Source: Eledone cirrhosa
Lineage: Eukaryota
NCBI GenBank assembly: GCA_964016885.1
Contig: CAXHJY010000991.1
Span: 1-64,000 of the forward strand
Reading direction: 5' to 3'
DNA length: 64,000 bases
The translations under genes and the position numbers were made by a program. Below, in pieces: positions 34,484-50,295 of this stretch. How positions within the stretch are numbered: position 1 is the stretch's first letter; every line of letters starts with the position of its first letter. The notes beneath the pieces were generated by a model. The model made no database searches. It had not been told where the DNA came from and was given only the letters and a program-made list of their open reading frames with translations.

Positions 34484-35052
34484 GGAAAAATTTGAACAGG
34501 GACAAAACAGAGAGGCAGTACAACAAATGTTTATTAATTTCACGCTCTGGAGAGTGGGGTGTTGGTGGGGGACGACGTTTCGGGCATAAGCCCTTCCTCA
34601 GGTGGGAAGTGTGTGGGAACAGAGTTCAAAGGGTGTGTAGAGGAGTGGTGGAGAGACATATAGCGAAAGGAAACGGTGCGAATGAAAAAATAAAAAATAA
34701 AGATAAAAATAAAAATAAGGCATGATCAAAATACAAGGAATGAGATAAATTTAAAAATAAAGGCATGGTCAAAATAAACTGAAATTAAAAGGGGGGTAAA
34801 CAGGTGGTGGAAGGGTGTGGGGTGTGTAGGGGTGGTGGCGGGTGGAGTGGGGAGAGGGAGACGGGGTGTCCGAACGGGGAGGGCTGAAGGTGGTGTGTGT
34901 GTGTAGGTGTGCGTGTGTGTGTGTGTGTGTGTGTGTATGTGAAAGTAAGGGTTGGGGGAAGAACGGGGTTGCATGTTCAGGAAGAGGTGTGTGTGGGGGG
35001 GTTTGTGGGTCGGAGTGTCTGTGCGTGTGTGGATAGAGGGGGGGGGGGGCGG

Positions 35053-35101
<49 letters not shown>

Positions 35102-35278
35102 AGACGAACGACAAGATCCTAGACCTCATTCGCCAAAATAGTTTGGGGAGCTCGTCAAATCGGACGGAGGAAACAATGTTTCCATTGGTCTTTCCAATAC
35201 ATATATTTTTATATATATATATATATATATATGTCTTGCAAGCAGGGAAAAGCGGACGTAAAATGGTGATGATGATGA

Positions 35279-35316
<38 letters not shown>

Positions 35317-35799
35317 AGAGAGTGTGTGTATGTTTGTTTGTGTTTGTGTGTGTCTGTGTGTGTGGTAAAAGAAAAGGAAAATGGGAGATAAGTAAAAGAA
35401 ATGGAGATGATATATACAGTGCTGCTGTTGATGATGATGAAAACGTAGTGAAAATAGTGAAAGTTGAAATTAGTGTAATTATAGTGTTAACATGATGGAC
35501 AAAAAATATCGATAAAAATGGTAGACTCAGGGAAAATATGAAAATAATTATTTTTATAATTTTCGAAATTTTTATTTAATGTTTACTATATTTTACAAAC
35601 AAAAGTTATACAATGATAGAAATCTTAAATATGATACAAAAGTAAATGAATTAATGAGAAATCAAGGCGGATAAGTTAAACGAGGGCTGTATGGGAACGT
35701 AGCGTAAAGGACTATAAATGCCATACATGTAAGGAAAAGGAAAGAGTAAGGACTATTAAAGAACGGGAAAAGTGAGGACGAAGGGGAGAGAGTGGCAGA

Positions 35800-36480
35800 C
35801 TCTACGTCCCGCAGACAAAATTGCAAAGGCATTTCCGCGGACAATGCCCAGACGCATCCATTGCAACAGCCAACCCTCCTCGCAGGGTTACTTCCCTAGA
35901 CGGGCTGCATCGAGGCTCCATCTAAATATGTCGTTGAAGGCAGTATATCGGTTAAACCGAACCTGTAGGGGTGCAGGAAACAAGATTCACAGACAGTCCC
36001 ACAACGATATTTATATGGCTCATACTCTCAGGGGCCAAGAAGTTGGGCCACAGGGGTAACGGTTTATGAGAAGAGCACAGCTCGTTGGCTGCCAAGCGCA
36101 TCGGAGGGAGGCGTGGCAGTGTTTGTCTAAGCGAAATTCGATCCACTTGAAGGAAGACCTGCACTTGGTATCGTCCCAGTTAGGTTGGGCAATTTTATAC
36201 TGGGGGACATGAAGACCATCGCAAGTCCAGTCGGCCAGAGTATGCTACAGTTCTGGAGTCACGCCAGGTTCGGTGTTCTTTCTGAAAAATTCAGTGATGA
36301 GGGTGCGACTGGAGGAAATTGAGGAGAGATAGGTCAGCAGTACCAGACGCGAAGTGTATTGGATGCAGAGACCACTGAACCTCACTGCGATCGTCACCTC
36401 TTGCCAGCTCGTGTTTTTGAAACTAACATTGCAGATGAGTTTGCGCAGCGTTTGATGATGGTGTCGAGTTCACCGAGGTG
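35800..36480 (-). pseudogene. CRE-like (RLE) non-LTR retrotransposon 3' fragment
   Basis: Minus strand WQEVTIAVRFSGLCI..LVLLTYLSS, RYTAFNDIFRWSLDAA, WLLQWMRLGIVRGNAFAIL. Confidence 0.6.
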
Positions 36481-37114
36481 ATCTGTGAATATGAAATATA
36501 TTTTTTTATTAGTAGTACTACTTAAGGCCGTTTTAATTTTTCCATATCCCCTCTTCTCTTCGCTCTCATTTCTAGTTCTATTTCATCGTCATCTCCCACT
36601 CTTTACAAAGGCAAATCTATTATCCCGTAAATATTTTATACACACACCCACTCATTAAATATATTTTCTATCCATTTCGTCTCCATCACATCTTCTAAGT
36701 TACTATCCACAAACACAACCACCCCCATCACTCACAAGCAGAAATCTACTGAACCATTTCATTTGATTCACTATATCCACTTCCACAGTAGAAAGGCCAT
36801 TACCATTTTACTGTTCCTTTATTTATTCAAACTTCAACGCTTTCATCATCATCATCATCATCATCATAATCGTCATTATCATCATCATCATCATCATAAC
36901 CGTCGACCGCATCATCAACATAATAATCTTTCACTGTTTTCGGAAATAATTGCATTTTTTATCAAATATTTCATTCACCACAACCAATTGATAAACACCC
37001 ACCCAAATTATTTACCCTATCACCACCATCTACTGAAACTTTAATCCATATGTTTATCCGACAAATTCCTATTAACAACATTATATCATCATCGCGAATT
37101 CTATTCCCATCTGC

Positions 37115-37700
37115 GCATCGACGTGTCTTGGCCTCCGGATCTGCGAGCCACACCATTATTGCTGTGGATCCCCCGTGGAATCTTTCAGCCTACACCCACT
37201 TTCCTGTCTCCACAGTGCTGGCCGCCTTCCACGCCATGCTGCCGTCAACGAAGCATGGCTTGGACGCTGCAGGCTTCCCTTCCCAGCTCGAGCCGGTGGG
37301 GCTGGACCAAGGAGACGGCAAAAGGCCAGATGGTATGGCCATCTTCCGGTTCCGCGGTGGCAAACCCCTCGTCTGGTATGCTACTTGCACCGACACTTTC
37401 TCCAGCCGAAACCTGGTGCAGTCTGCGACTAACCCAGGTTCTGCTGCACGTCGGGCTTAAGAGGCCAAACTCTCCAAATACCGGTCTCTCTCTGACAGGT
37501 TTGCGGTCGTAATTTGGCAGTGGAGATTTCTCGTGTCCTCGGCCCTAGGGCTACCTCCCTACTCACCACCATAGGCGCTGAGCTGGCAGCCTCAGGTGTG
37601 AGTCTCGTGCGTTGGAATGGTTCTTCCAGCGCGTCTCCCTTACCATCCTTTGGTGAAACGCCTTCTCCATTCTGTCCACCGGGGCTGCGGGGAGGCCAGC
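37115..37700 (+). pseudogene. CRE-like retrotransposon zinc knuckle + restriction-like endonuclease fragment
   Basis: GLRICEPH..CCG..HPLSC....RHAAVN, LEPVGL..GDGKRPDG, KPLVW.ATCTDT, AVE...LGP. Frameshifted. Confidence 0.8.
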
Positions 37701-37900
37701 AATCCTATTGACTGACTTGTCCTTTTATCAGTCAACCTGCTATTTGTTTCAATATATGTATTTGTACTTGTATCCACTATCTCCTTATTTCTCTTAGTTT
37801 TTTCTTTACTTCCCTTTCCATCGACTTTCTCCTGCCATAACTCATGTCTTCCCATCCGTGAACAACAATATAAGGACAGCTATGTTTTTTCCCAATATAT

Positions 37901-38080
37901 AGGTGGATTGGCAGTATCGGTATAGGGTCGGACGCCATGCTTTCCAGCAAAGTTACGTCCCTTTACGATCTGAGTTCAAATCCCGACGAGGTTGACTTTG
38001 CCTTTCATCCTTAAGGGGTCGATAAAATAAAGTACCAGTAATGAACTGGTGAATTACTGGCCTTGTGCCTAAAGTAGAAA
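37901..38080 (+). mobile_element. tRNA-derived SINE
   Basis: B-box gagttcaaatccc followed by gaggttgactttgcctttcatcc...ggggtcgataaaataaagtaccag. Confidence 0.75.
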
Positions 38081-38236
38081 CAAATATATATTGTGTATGC
38101 AATCGAAATATTACACTTGGCTGAGGATCATGTGAGTACAAAGGCAACACTTTAGATTAACAAGGCATGGACTTAATAAATGAATAAACACACACACACA
38201 CACACAAACAGAAACACACACACACAAACACACACC

Positions 38237-38287
<51 letters not shown>

Positions 38288-38490
38288 ATGTATATTCATA
38301 TATACACACATATATATATGTATATATATATATATATATATTATTATATATGTATATGTATGGAAAGTTATATTTAAATTGTTGGGTTACAACTAGTAAA
38401 TATTTATAACTGATATAAAAGCACTCGACAAGTATTTGGAGTATATTTACAATATTAAATAAATGGAAACTATATTTATAAAACCATATT

Positions 38491-38556
38491 TATTTCATTA
38501 TATATATTTCAGGGATATCATATTAACAATATGCTATGCCTTCCTCAGACAAAATA
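38491..38556 (-). ncRNA. Type I hammerhead (family C)
   Basis: tattttgt-CTGAGGA-agg..catatt(gtt)aatatg..cct-GAAA-tatata-TA-atgaaata. Confidence 0.7.
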
Positions 38557-38633
38557 CAATATAAACAGTTTTATAGATAAATAGATTTGACATACCGTAA
38601 CAACATCGACTTGTATTTGAAAAGTTGATTTGG

Positions 38634-38661
38634 CATATATATATATGTATATATATATATG

Positions 38662-38706
<45 letters not shown>

Positions 38707-38713
38707 GTATATG

Positions 38714-38788
<75 letters not shown>

Positions 38789-38881
38789 ATATATATATAT
38801 ATAAATATGTGTGTATATATATATATGTGTGTATATATATATATATGTATATATGTATATATATATATATATGTATATATG

Positions 38882-38918
<37 letters not shown>

Positions 38919-39257
38919 GTATATATATATGTATATATATGAATATATATATATATATATATTTATATATGTATATATATATATATATCTATATATATAT
39001 ATATTATTATATATGTATATATATATATATATTATTATATAAGTATATATATTATTATATAAGTATATATATTATTATATAAGTATATATATTATTATAT
39101 ATGTATATATATATATATATTATATATGTATATATATATATATATTATTATATATATATTATTATATATGTATATATATATATATATATTATATATATAT
39201 ATATTATTATAAATATATATATATATCTGTATATATATATATATGTGTATATTTATA

Positions 39258-39340
<83 letters not shown>

Positions 39341-39393
39341 TTATATATATATATATATATATATGTATTTATATATATATATATATATATATG

Positions 39394-39447
<54 letters not shown>
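38634..39447. repeat. (TA)n microsatellite
   Basis: Directly visible. Confidence 0.95.
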
Positions 39448-39448
<1 letters not shown>

Positions 39449-39531
39449 GTTATTCCGGGTTGAATCTGAGGTAACCACAGTAAGTAAGGTACTCAATACA
39501 TAGCAGAGTATAACAGTTTTAATATAGATGA

Positions 39532-39580
39532 GATTCTACAGGACTAGAACTGTTTCATTCATTTGAAATCATCAGGAATC
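39532..39580 (-). ncRNA. Type I hammerhead ribozyme
   Basis: gattc-CTGATGA-t-ttc(aaat)gaa-t-GAAA-cag(ttctagtc)ctg-TA-gaatc. Confidence 0.82.
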
Positions 39581-39839
39581 TGGGTATCAAAAAGTAAATA
39601 TGGTATTTATAGGTCCCTACAAGTGGTAGGAGAGGGTGCGGAGTGGGATGGGTGCAGGTCATTGGTTGATAGAAAAGGGAATTCATTAAAAGCTAATTCT
39701 ACAAAGCTATAGTTTATTTTTATTTTTATTTTTATTTATTTATGTTTTTAGAGTAACAAGGGCAGACAGAATTCTATAAACAGGTTCCGGATGGCCTACC
39801 ATTCCTTGTCAATAAGTACCTTTTAAGCTAACAGATGTC

Positions 39840-39920
<81 letters not shown>

Positions 39921-39937
39921 GTATATATACATATATA

Positions 39938-40923
39938 TTCAAAATGTTTATTATAAACATACAGAATATTTTCGAATATTCTATGTCTATATTCACATAT
40001 ATATCGCTATTTCAGAGCATTTATTCCAATTTCTAATTTCTGCCGGACCGGCAACCGCTCTTTCAAACCAGTTCCTGTACACAGCTAAGTATTCTATAAG
40101 TCTCTAGCTGTGTCATTCTCGATAAAAGCACTGGATATGTAGTCCTGATGATTTCTAACAAGAATGAAACGCGTAGATTACTTCCCTTGCTTTTATCGAG
40201 AATCTAATTGTAATACGTGACGTATTCTATTCTATAGCGATTAGGTCTTCAAAATGTTTATTATAAACATACAGAATATTTTCGAATATTCTATGTCTAT
40301 ATTCACATATATATCGCTATTTCAGAGCATTTATTCCAATTTCTAATTTCTGCCGGACCGGCAACTGCTCTTTCAAACCAGTTCCTGTACACAGCTAAGT
40401 ATTCTATAAGTCTCTAGCTGTGTCATTCTCGATAAAAGCACTGGATATGTAGTCCTGATGATTTCTAACAAGAATGAAACGCGTAGATTACTTCCCTTGC
40501 TTTTATCGAGAATCTAATTGTAATACGTGACGTATTCTATTCTATAGCGATTAGGTCTTCAAAATGTTTATTATAAACATACAGAATATTTTCGAATATT
40601 CTATGTCTATATTCACATATATATCGCTATTTCAGAGCATTTATTCCAATTTCTAATTTCTGCCGGACCGGCAACCGCTCTTTCAAACCAGTTCCTGTAC
40701 ACAGCTAAGTATTCTATAAGTCTCTAGCTGTGTCATTCTCGATAAAAGCACTGGATATGTAGTCCTGATGATTTCTAACAAGAATGAAACGCGTAGATTA
40801 CTTCCCTTGCTTTTATCGAGAATCTAATTGTAATACGTGACGTATTCTATTCTATAGCGATTAGGTCTTCAAAATGTTTATTATAAACATACAGAATATT
40901 TTCGAATATTCTATGTCTATATT
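39938..40923 (+). mobile_element. 310-bp tandem repeat (~3.2 units) with one HHR per unit: non-LTR retrozyme-like array
   Basis: Units start at 39938, 40248, 40558 and 40868. HHRs gtagtc-CTGATGA-t-ttc(taacaa)gaa-t-GAAA-cgcg-TA-gattac at 40139-40181, 40449-40491 and 40759-40801. Confidence 0.85.
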
Positions 40924-40927
40924 TATA

Positions 40928-41097
<170 letters not shown>

Positions 41098-41114
41098 TAT
41101 ATATGTATATATAC

Positions 41115-41225
<111 letters not shown>

Positions 41226-41242
41226 AAAAGACAAAAAAAAAA

Positions 41243-42447
41243 CAAATCCTCCATTTCCATTATGCCAAACCCATGACTTCCAAACATCTGATCCACCGAA
41301 ACTCGGCCGTTTCGGACCATACCAAAATCAACATACTGATTGCGGATTTGGTACGGGTGATGAGAAACGTGTCCCGCACGTGCGACCCCGAAGAACTAGA
41401 GAGACACATACAAAACGTCAACCACCGTATGCAGTTTTCTGGCTACAATCAGAGAGATAAAATCAGAGTGTATAGAGGAGCCAGAACTAAATGAAAAAAA
41501 TGGTAAATAATGACATAAATGGGACTTGCCCCTTGTATAGGAGCAAATTTTGGAATAGAATAGAAAGAACTAGGAACAAGGCTAATAGAATAAACTCATG
41601 GTATGATAGCAATAAATCCAGAGTGTAATGTTCATCGATACAACCCCTAGAGGTGGATTAGCTTACAAATTTAGAAGGGCCCTAAATAAACATAAACTCA
41701 ATATTAAGATAGTAGAAAGACCAGGTGCCTCCGTAACAACACTTATTAGCAAGACATACCCTTTTCAAAGACCCTCATGTATAGATATGAAATGTATAAC
41801 CTGTAAAATAAGGCCCCATATTAACTGTAAAACTAGAAATGTAGTGTATAGCATGAGATGTACTGAAGGACAATGTAGAGACAAAAATATAGTGTACATA
41901 GGTGAGACACCTCGTAGTGTAGGGGAACGGATAAATGAACACTGGCGAGACCTTCAAGATAGTAAAGAATCATTTGTACTCTACCAACATGCTAAAATAG
42001 AACACAAGGGTAAATTAGAGAACATAGAAGTAAAAATAGAATCTACACACAGAAAAGACGCAATGTTTAGACAAATTACAGAGGCAATAAACATAAAAGA
42101 ATTACAACCAAAATTAAATAGAAAATATGAGTGGAACAGCAACATCACAACTTACAATTAAGAACAAAATGAAAACACACACACACATATAACAAACAAC
42201 CAACCAGTAACATGTAAATAAACAAATAAATAAATGAACATAAAGACACAGACACCCGGATGTGGCGCATGCGCAGACTGAGCACACAACACACACACAG
42301 AAACAAAATGGCGTAGGACAGAACAAAGGAGAGGCACAGAAACAAAGAAAGGAATCCCCAGTCACTTAAGAGGTCACAGAGTGTGTGACGAAAGAACTAT
42401 GACTATATATAAACAACTATCTGGTTGTGGAACCAATCAACCAACAT
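41243..42447 (+). mobile_element. 5'-truncated PLE family A copy (RT thumb + GIY-YIG + partial terminal repeat; HHR core mutated to CTTAAGA at 42360-42404)
   Basis: ORF 41628-42161 VVYSMRC..YIGET..R.NEH..R.ITEA. Reverse complement of ~45950-47150. Confidence 0.9.
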
Positions 42448-42462
42448 GTATATATATATATA

Positions 42463-42935
42463 TAACTTGGAAATATTTGGGCCAGTACTGGCCCAGGCCA
42501 TGTCTAACTTAATAGCACCACCTGGCGAAGTCTTTCAATTCAGGATTTGGGCACCATGGCCCATTTGAGAAGAGAATTAATGTTTGCGGAGACATGTCCG
42601 GGTGTGGGTGGTTTGTCCGGGATTACTTGGAGGAATTTGTCCAAAGACTTCTTGAATTTTGTGTGGTCAGTTTCTGTTTTGACGTGTCCTGGTGTGATGT
42701 TGAAGAGAGCAGGGCCAATTGAGGTGAAATAATTGTGCCGTATTGTTATTTGGGGGACGGATAGCACGGAGCCCACGCCTTGGGTGTATTTTGAAGGTAA
42801 TGCCAACATCATTTGGGCAGTGATGATGAAACATTTTCCACATCATGCAGATAATATAACGCTCACGGCGACGTTGGAATGAGTAAAGTTTCAGCTTTTC
42901 TAGACGACCCCAGTAGTCAAGGTCTGACATGCCAT
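42463..42935 (-). pseudogene. CR1-group LINE 3' end fragment
   Basis: [44 protein letters not shown]. Confidence 0.75.
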
Positions 42936-44705
<1,770 letters not shown>

Positions 44706-45314
44706 GTAGTGGCTGCCAACTCGTTTTCGAGTACGGCCACTACTTTATATCCATGTAGGAGAACCCCTACCGATACGCTGAACGAGTGTGACTTTTGAGT
44801 CCAGCCAGCGACTTGAAAACTCTGGTACAAACACGACACTTGTGACAATTATTGACACATAGTACTGGGCCCATGGTACCATGTGATGACAAGTGAAGAG
44901 AGATCTCCAGATATAAAGCAATGCCTGTGCCGTGAAGCTTTTATAGTGAGCAAAGGCACTGCACAAAGCCAGTCCCACTCTCTTAACCAAGATGATATTT
45001 ACCACAAAGGAGAACAAGTCAACATCATTGGATACCATCAAGGTTGCAGGTGTTATATCAGAGTTTTCCTTCTCCTAGAATTATGCCTTGACAAAGGCTA
45101 AGGGGTCATCTCTCCCAATGATTTTGGATGGCCATTGACTCTTGAGAGCTCCTTTTCCCTTTGACAGATTTTGTTTTTAGTCCTGCAGGATGTCCAAAAT
45201 CACCCTCCTCACCAAGAAACCTTGGTGGGGTTGCCAGTTTAGTCGCCAACGACCCGACCATGAGACAGGTTGTACTGGGATACATGTTTCCAGTAGCACT
45301 AACTGGTGACCTGA
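44706..45314 (-). mobile_element. Short non-autonomous RTE-derived element (5'UTR-like part fused to the ORF C-terminus)
   Basis: RTE-5'UTR-like ctaggagaaggaaaactctga motif (recalled, not searched). Zinc-finger-like [22 protein letters not shown] near the 3' end. Confidence 0.55.
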
Positions 45315-45319
45315 CATAT

Positions 45320-45356
<37 letters not shown>

Positions 45357-45415
45357 TATATATATACACACATATATATATATATATATATACACACACA
45401 TATATATATATATAT

Positions 45416-45452
<37 letters not shown>

Positions 45453-45505
45453 TATACACATATATATATATATATATACACATTTATATATATACACACA
45501 TATAG

Positions 45506-45586
<81 letters not shown>

Positions 45587-45641
45587 TATATATATACACA
45601 TATATATATATATATATACACACACATATATATATATATAT

Positions 45642-45734
<93 letters not shown>

Positions 45735-45767
45735 TATATATATTAACACACATATATATATATATAT

Positions 45768-45818
<51 letters not shown>

Positions 45819-45842
45819 TATATATATATATATTTATACACA

Positions 45843-48800
45843 TATTGTTATACTTTGGGAGGGTCATGTTGCCAATAAGAAACACACGCACCAGTTGTTT
45901 CACTTCAATTTATTATAATAAATTTATAAATTTATAAATTTCTGGTTGGTTGGTTGGTTCCACAACCAGATAGTTGTTTATATATTGTCATAGTTCTTTC
46001 GTCTCACACTCTGTGACCTCTTCAGTGACTGTGGATTCTTTTCTTTGTTTTTTTGTGCCTCTCCTTTGTTCTGTCCTACGCCATTTTGTTTCTGTGTGTG
46101 TGTTGTGTGCTCAGTCTGCGCATGCGCCACATCCGGGTGTCTGTGTGTGTTTATGTTCATTTATTTATTTGTTTATTTACATGTTACTGGTTGGTTGTTT
46201 GTTATATGTGTGTGTGTGTTTTCATTTTGTCCTTAATTGTAAGTTGTGATGTTGCTGTTCCACTCATATTTTCTATTTAATTTTGGTTGTAATTATTTTA
46301 TGTTTATTGCCTCTGTGATTTGTCTAAACATTGCGTCTTTTCTGTGTGTAGATTCTATTTTTATTACTATGTCCTCTAATTTACCCTTGTGTTCTATTTT
46401 AGCATGTTGGTAGAGTACAGATGATTCTTTTCTATCTTGAAGGTCTCGCCAGTGTTCATTTATCCGTTCCCCTATACTATGAGCTGTCTCACCTATGTAC
46501 TCTATATTTTTGTCTCTACATTGTCCTTCAGTACATCTTATGCTATACACTACATTTCTAGTTTTACAGTTAATATGGGGGCTTATTTTACAGGTTATAC
46601 ATTCCTTATCTATACATGAGGGTCTTTGAAAAGGGTATGTCTTGCTAATAAGTGTTTTTACGGAGGTACCTGGTCTTTCTACTATCTTAATATTGAGTTT
46701 ATGTTTATCTAGGGCCCTTCTAAATGTGTAAGCTAATTCACCTCTAGGTGTTGTATCGATGAACATTACACTCTGGTATTTATTGCTATCATACCATGAG
46801 TTTATTCTATTAGACTTGTTCCTAGTTCTTTCTATTTTATTCCAAAATTTACTTATATACAAGGGGCAAGTCCCATTTATGTGATTATTTACCATTTTTT
46901 CCAATTTGGTTCTGGCTCCTCTATAGACTCTGATTTTATCTCTGTGATTGTAGCCAGAGAACTGCATACGGTGGATGAAGTGTTGTATGTGTCTCTCTAG
47001 TTCTTCGAGGTTGCACATGCGGGACCCATTTCTCATCACCCGTACCAAACCGCAATCAGTATGTTGATTTTGGTATGGTCCGAAACGGCCGAGTTTCGGT
47101 GGATCAGATGTTTGGAAGTCATGGGTTTGGCATAATGGGAATGGAGGATGTGTTTTTTGTTATTAATGGTATCTAACCAGAGCTCTGTGTCTAGTACAGG
47201 TAATCGATGGTTAGGGTGTTTCCTCTGGTAGTCTATAGTAACTCTAATACTCTGGTGGGTGGAGTTAGCTCTTTGCTGGAGGCTTTCCATTGTGTTTTTC
47301 TCTAGTTCCTGACTGTTCTCTAGTGGGGGTGTCTTCACTACGATGTTTATATCATCAACGTAGCGGGAGTACATTATCAGGGTTAAGGGGTCTTCTAATT
47401 GTTCTTTAAGTTTACGTTTAAGTCTACTGTCCCACCATACCATGAATAAGTTAGCTATGTCGCCTGCAATGCTAACACCAATGGCTACTCCTTCCTCTTG
47501 GGCATATGTTTTTCCATTAAATTTGAACATATGTACCTTAAGGGTTAGTTTTATGCTGGCCCCTACCGCATGTACAATCATTTTCTTCAGTTCATCGTGG
47601 TTTTCGGGTGTCCATATGGCTCTGGTCCACCCGTTCCATCTATCTGTGTGGGTTTTCTTGGCCATTGAGGTAATGGTAGGTGGTCTGCCTCTTTCTGGTC
47701 TTGTAGGGCACAGGTTGCTAAGGTCATATGTGTCTAGGTAATTATTACTATAGGTAAGTTTAAGTAGGAGTCCCAGCTCACTTGTATCAATCCCACGGAA
47801 CTCAACATTGCTCTCACTGATCATTTCTACGCATTTCTCCACAGCAAAATCCACGTCAATAAATGGATACAGTGACACAACATCCATACTACCTGTTATG
47901 CAGTTTGTTAGGTCACTAGATCGGTTACTCTCGCCGATTCTGCTGAGGAGGTCCTCCGTGCTGTCACATACATCTGAGGACATTTCAATGATGGGGCGTA
48001 TGATCAGGGAGAGGAAGTAGGACAGTCTGTAGTTACTAGCAATGTTAGCTCCACAGACTGGCCGTGTTGGTGGTCCCGTGACAGGGTCACTGCCCGTTTT
48101 ATGGTCTTTTCGAAGCCCATACAACGCCGGCACGTCATTGTTCCAGGCCTGGAAGTTGTTGGCAGTCCTTTTGTTGGGCTGCATTATATTCGCCACATCA
48201 CCATATGGGCATTGAGGGCTTTTTCTTTATCCTCATGCTCCTGTGGTGTTACCTCTCTTGTGTTAGTGATGTGGGGTTACATTGCCTGGATGTAGTTTGG
48301 CAGGCTGTCAACCGACATTCTGCCAGACTTGTCTGTTGGAAAGCATGCTATCTCACCATTACGCGAGCGCTGCATGAGCTTACGCAAGCCATTTGCAGAT
48401 TTTTCTCCCAGTTACTGGGCCTCCATTCTATTATTCTTCTTGCTATACTGTTCTATAATATTTCTAAGTTCGGATCTAGCTATACTAAATTGTGCTTCTG
48501 TTTGTTCATCGAACTGCGACGGCAATTTCGTGCGTTTGATAAATGGTAAAGTCGTGGCGTGGTCTGGTCGCGGGTCGAACGATTTATCAGAGGGATTATA
48601 AAAAGTAGAGTTCCAGGCTGCTGCTTTATGTCTACTAGTGCTATTGTTATTGTTAGTTGTGTTGTTTCTATTTCTATTTCCACCAACAGCCTCATGGTTG
48701 TTTCTATGTCTCTCATAATTACTCCTCTCTCTTTCCACTGGCTCATTGTTGTTATCTACCCTATTTTGTGTCTCTCTGTGTTCGTCTTGGTTATTTTCTT

Positions 48801-50295
48801 TGTCCTTAGTCTCCCTTCTTCTTTTAATCCTATTACTTTCCCTTATTTCTGTGATTTCTGTGCTACTGTCATTACTTGTTTTCTGTGTCTGTGTGTTTGT
48901 TAAGATTGTGGTGGTGGTGAGAGGCATTGAATGTGTGTGTGTTGTTGTTGTTGATGTGTGCTGTTGTTGATGTGTGTTGTTGTTGAACTCATCTGTTAAT
49001 GAGGTGTCGGCCATATTTATACCGTCGATTTTGTCGGGAATTCTATTGATATGCTCTACAGTATCCTGATTTAGCTTTATCTGCTTAAGCTACTTTAGTT
49101 TCTTGTTAAAGTGCTTATCACATTCTTGAGTAATGTACTGTTCTTCGGGACGTATAAGGCTTATAAATATTAGTTTCTCTCTTGGTGTGGTGATCCTAGC
49201 TATTACTTGTATTAGGTTACGCTTATATTTTTCTTGATGGCTTAATTCTCTATAGATCTTCTTTTTTATGTTTAGAATTAGTGTTCGTTTTAGCCTATCT
49301 GCTTGTTTTTTGGTGAGTTGTAATCTTCTTACGTCGGTGTTGATGGTGTTGGTGTAAACTCGGGACGAGGCACATTATTTTATGAAGTGTAGTTGTCGAG
49401 ATCTTATGGTTTTTCGTAGACAGCAGAACATGGTGGTTTTCAGTATCTTGTTAGCCTGGCTAAGGCTTACGATATTTCGTTTCTGAATTTGTTTAGCAAG
49501 ATTCTTTATCTGAAATCGTGTGTTGAAACCGATATTGTTATACTTTGGGAGGGTCATGTTGCCAATAAGAAACACACGCACCAATTGCTTTCACTTCAAT
49601 TTATTATATATTTATAAATTTATAAATTTCTGGTTGGTTGGTTGGTTCCACAACCAGATAGTTGTTTATATATTGTCATAGTTCTTTCGTCACACACTCT
49701 GTGACCTCTTCAGTGACTGGGGATTCTTTTCTTTGTTTTTTGTGCCTCTCCTTTGTTCTGTCCTACGCCATTTTGTTTCTGTGTGTGTGTTGTGTGCTAA
49801 GTCTGCGCATGCGCCACATCCGGGTGTCTGTGTCTTTATGTTCATTTATTTATTTGTTTATTTACATGTTACTGGTTGGTTGTTTGTTATATGTGTGTGT
49901 GTGTTTTCATTTTGTCCTTAATTGTAAGTTGTGATGTTGCTGTTCCACTCATATTTTCTATTTAATTTTGGTTGTAATTCTTTCATGTTTATTGCCTCTG
50001 TGATTTGTCTAAACATTGCGTCTTTTCTGTGTGTAGATTCTATTTTTATTTCTATGTTCTCTAATTTACCCTTGTGTTCTATTTTAGCATGTTGGTAGAG
50101 TACAGATGATTCTTTACTATCTTGAAGGTCTCGCCAGTGTTCATTTATCCGTTCCCCTACACTACGAGGTGTCTCACCTATGTACACTATATGTTTGTCT
50201 CTACATTGTCCTTCGGTACATCTCATGCTATACACTACATTTCTAGTTTTACAGTTAATATGGGGGCTTATTTTACAGGTTATACATTTCTTATC

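Noticed and set aside
36763-37044. His-rich 93-aa ORF
   Set aside because: Product of a (CAT)n microsatellite, with no other coding signal.
39938-40923. CRISPR-like array
   Set aside because: Units are fully repeated with no unique spacers, and the context is eukaryotic.
46233-49557. Selenocysteine read-through in the family A ORF
   Set aside because: The interrupting stops I checked are TAA/TAG or frameshifts, not TGA at Cys positions.
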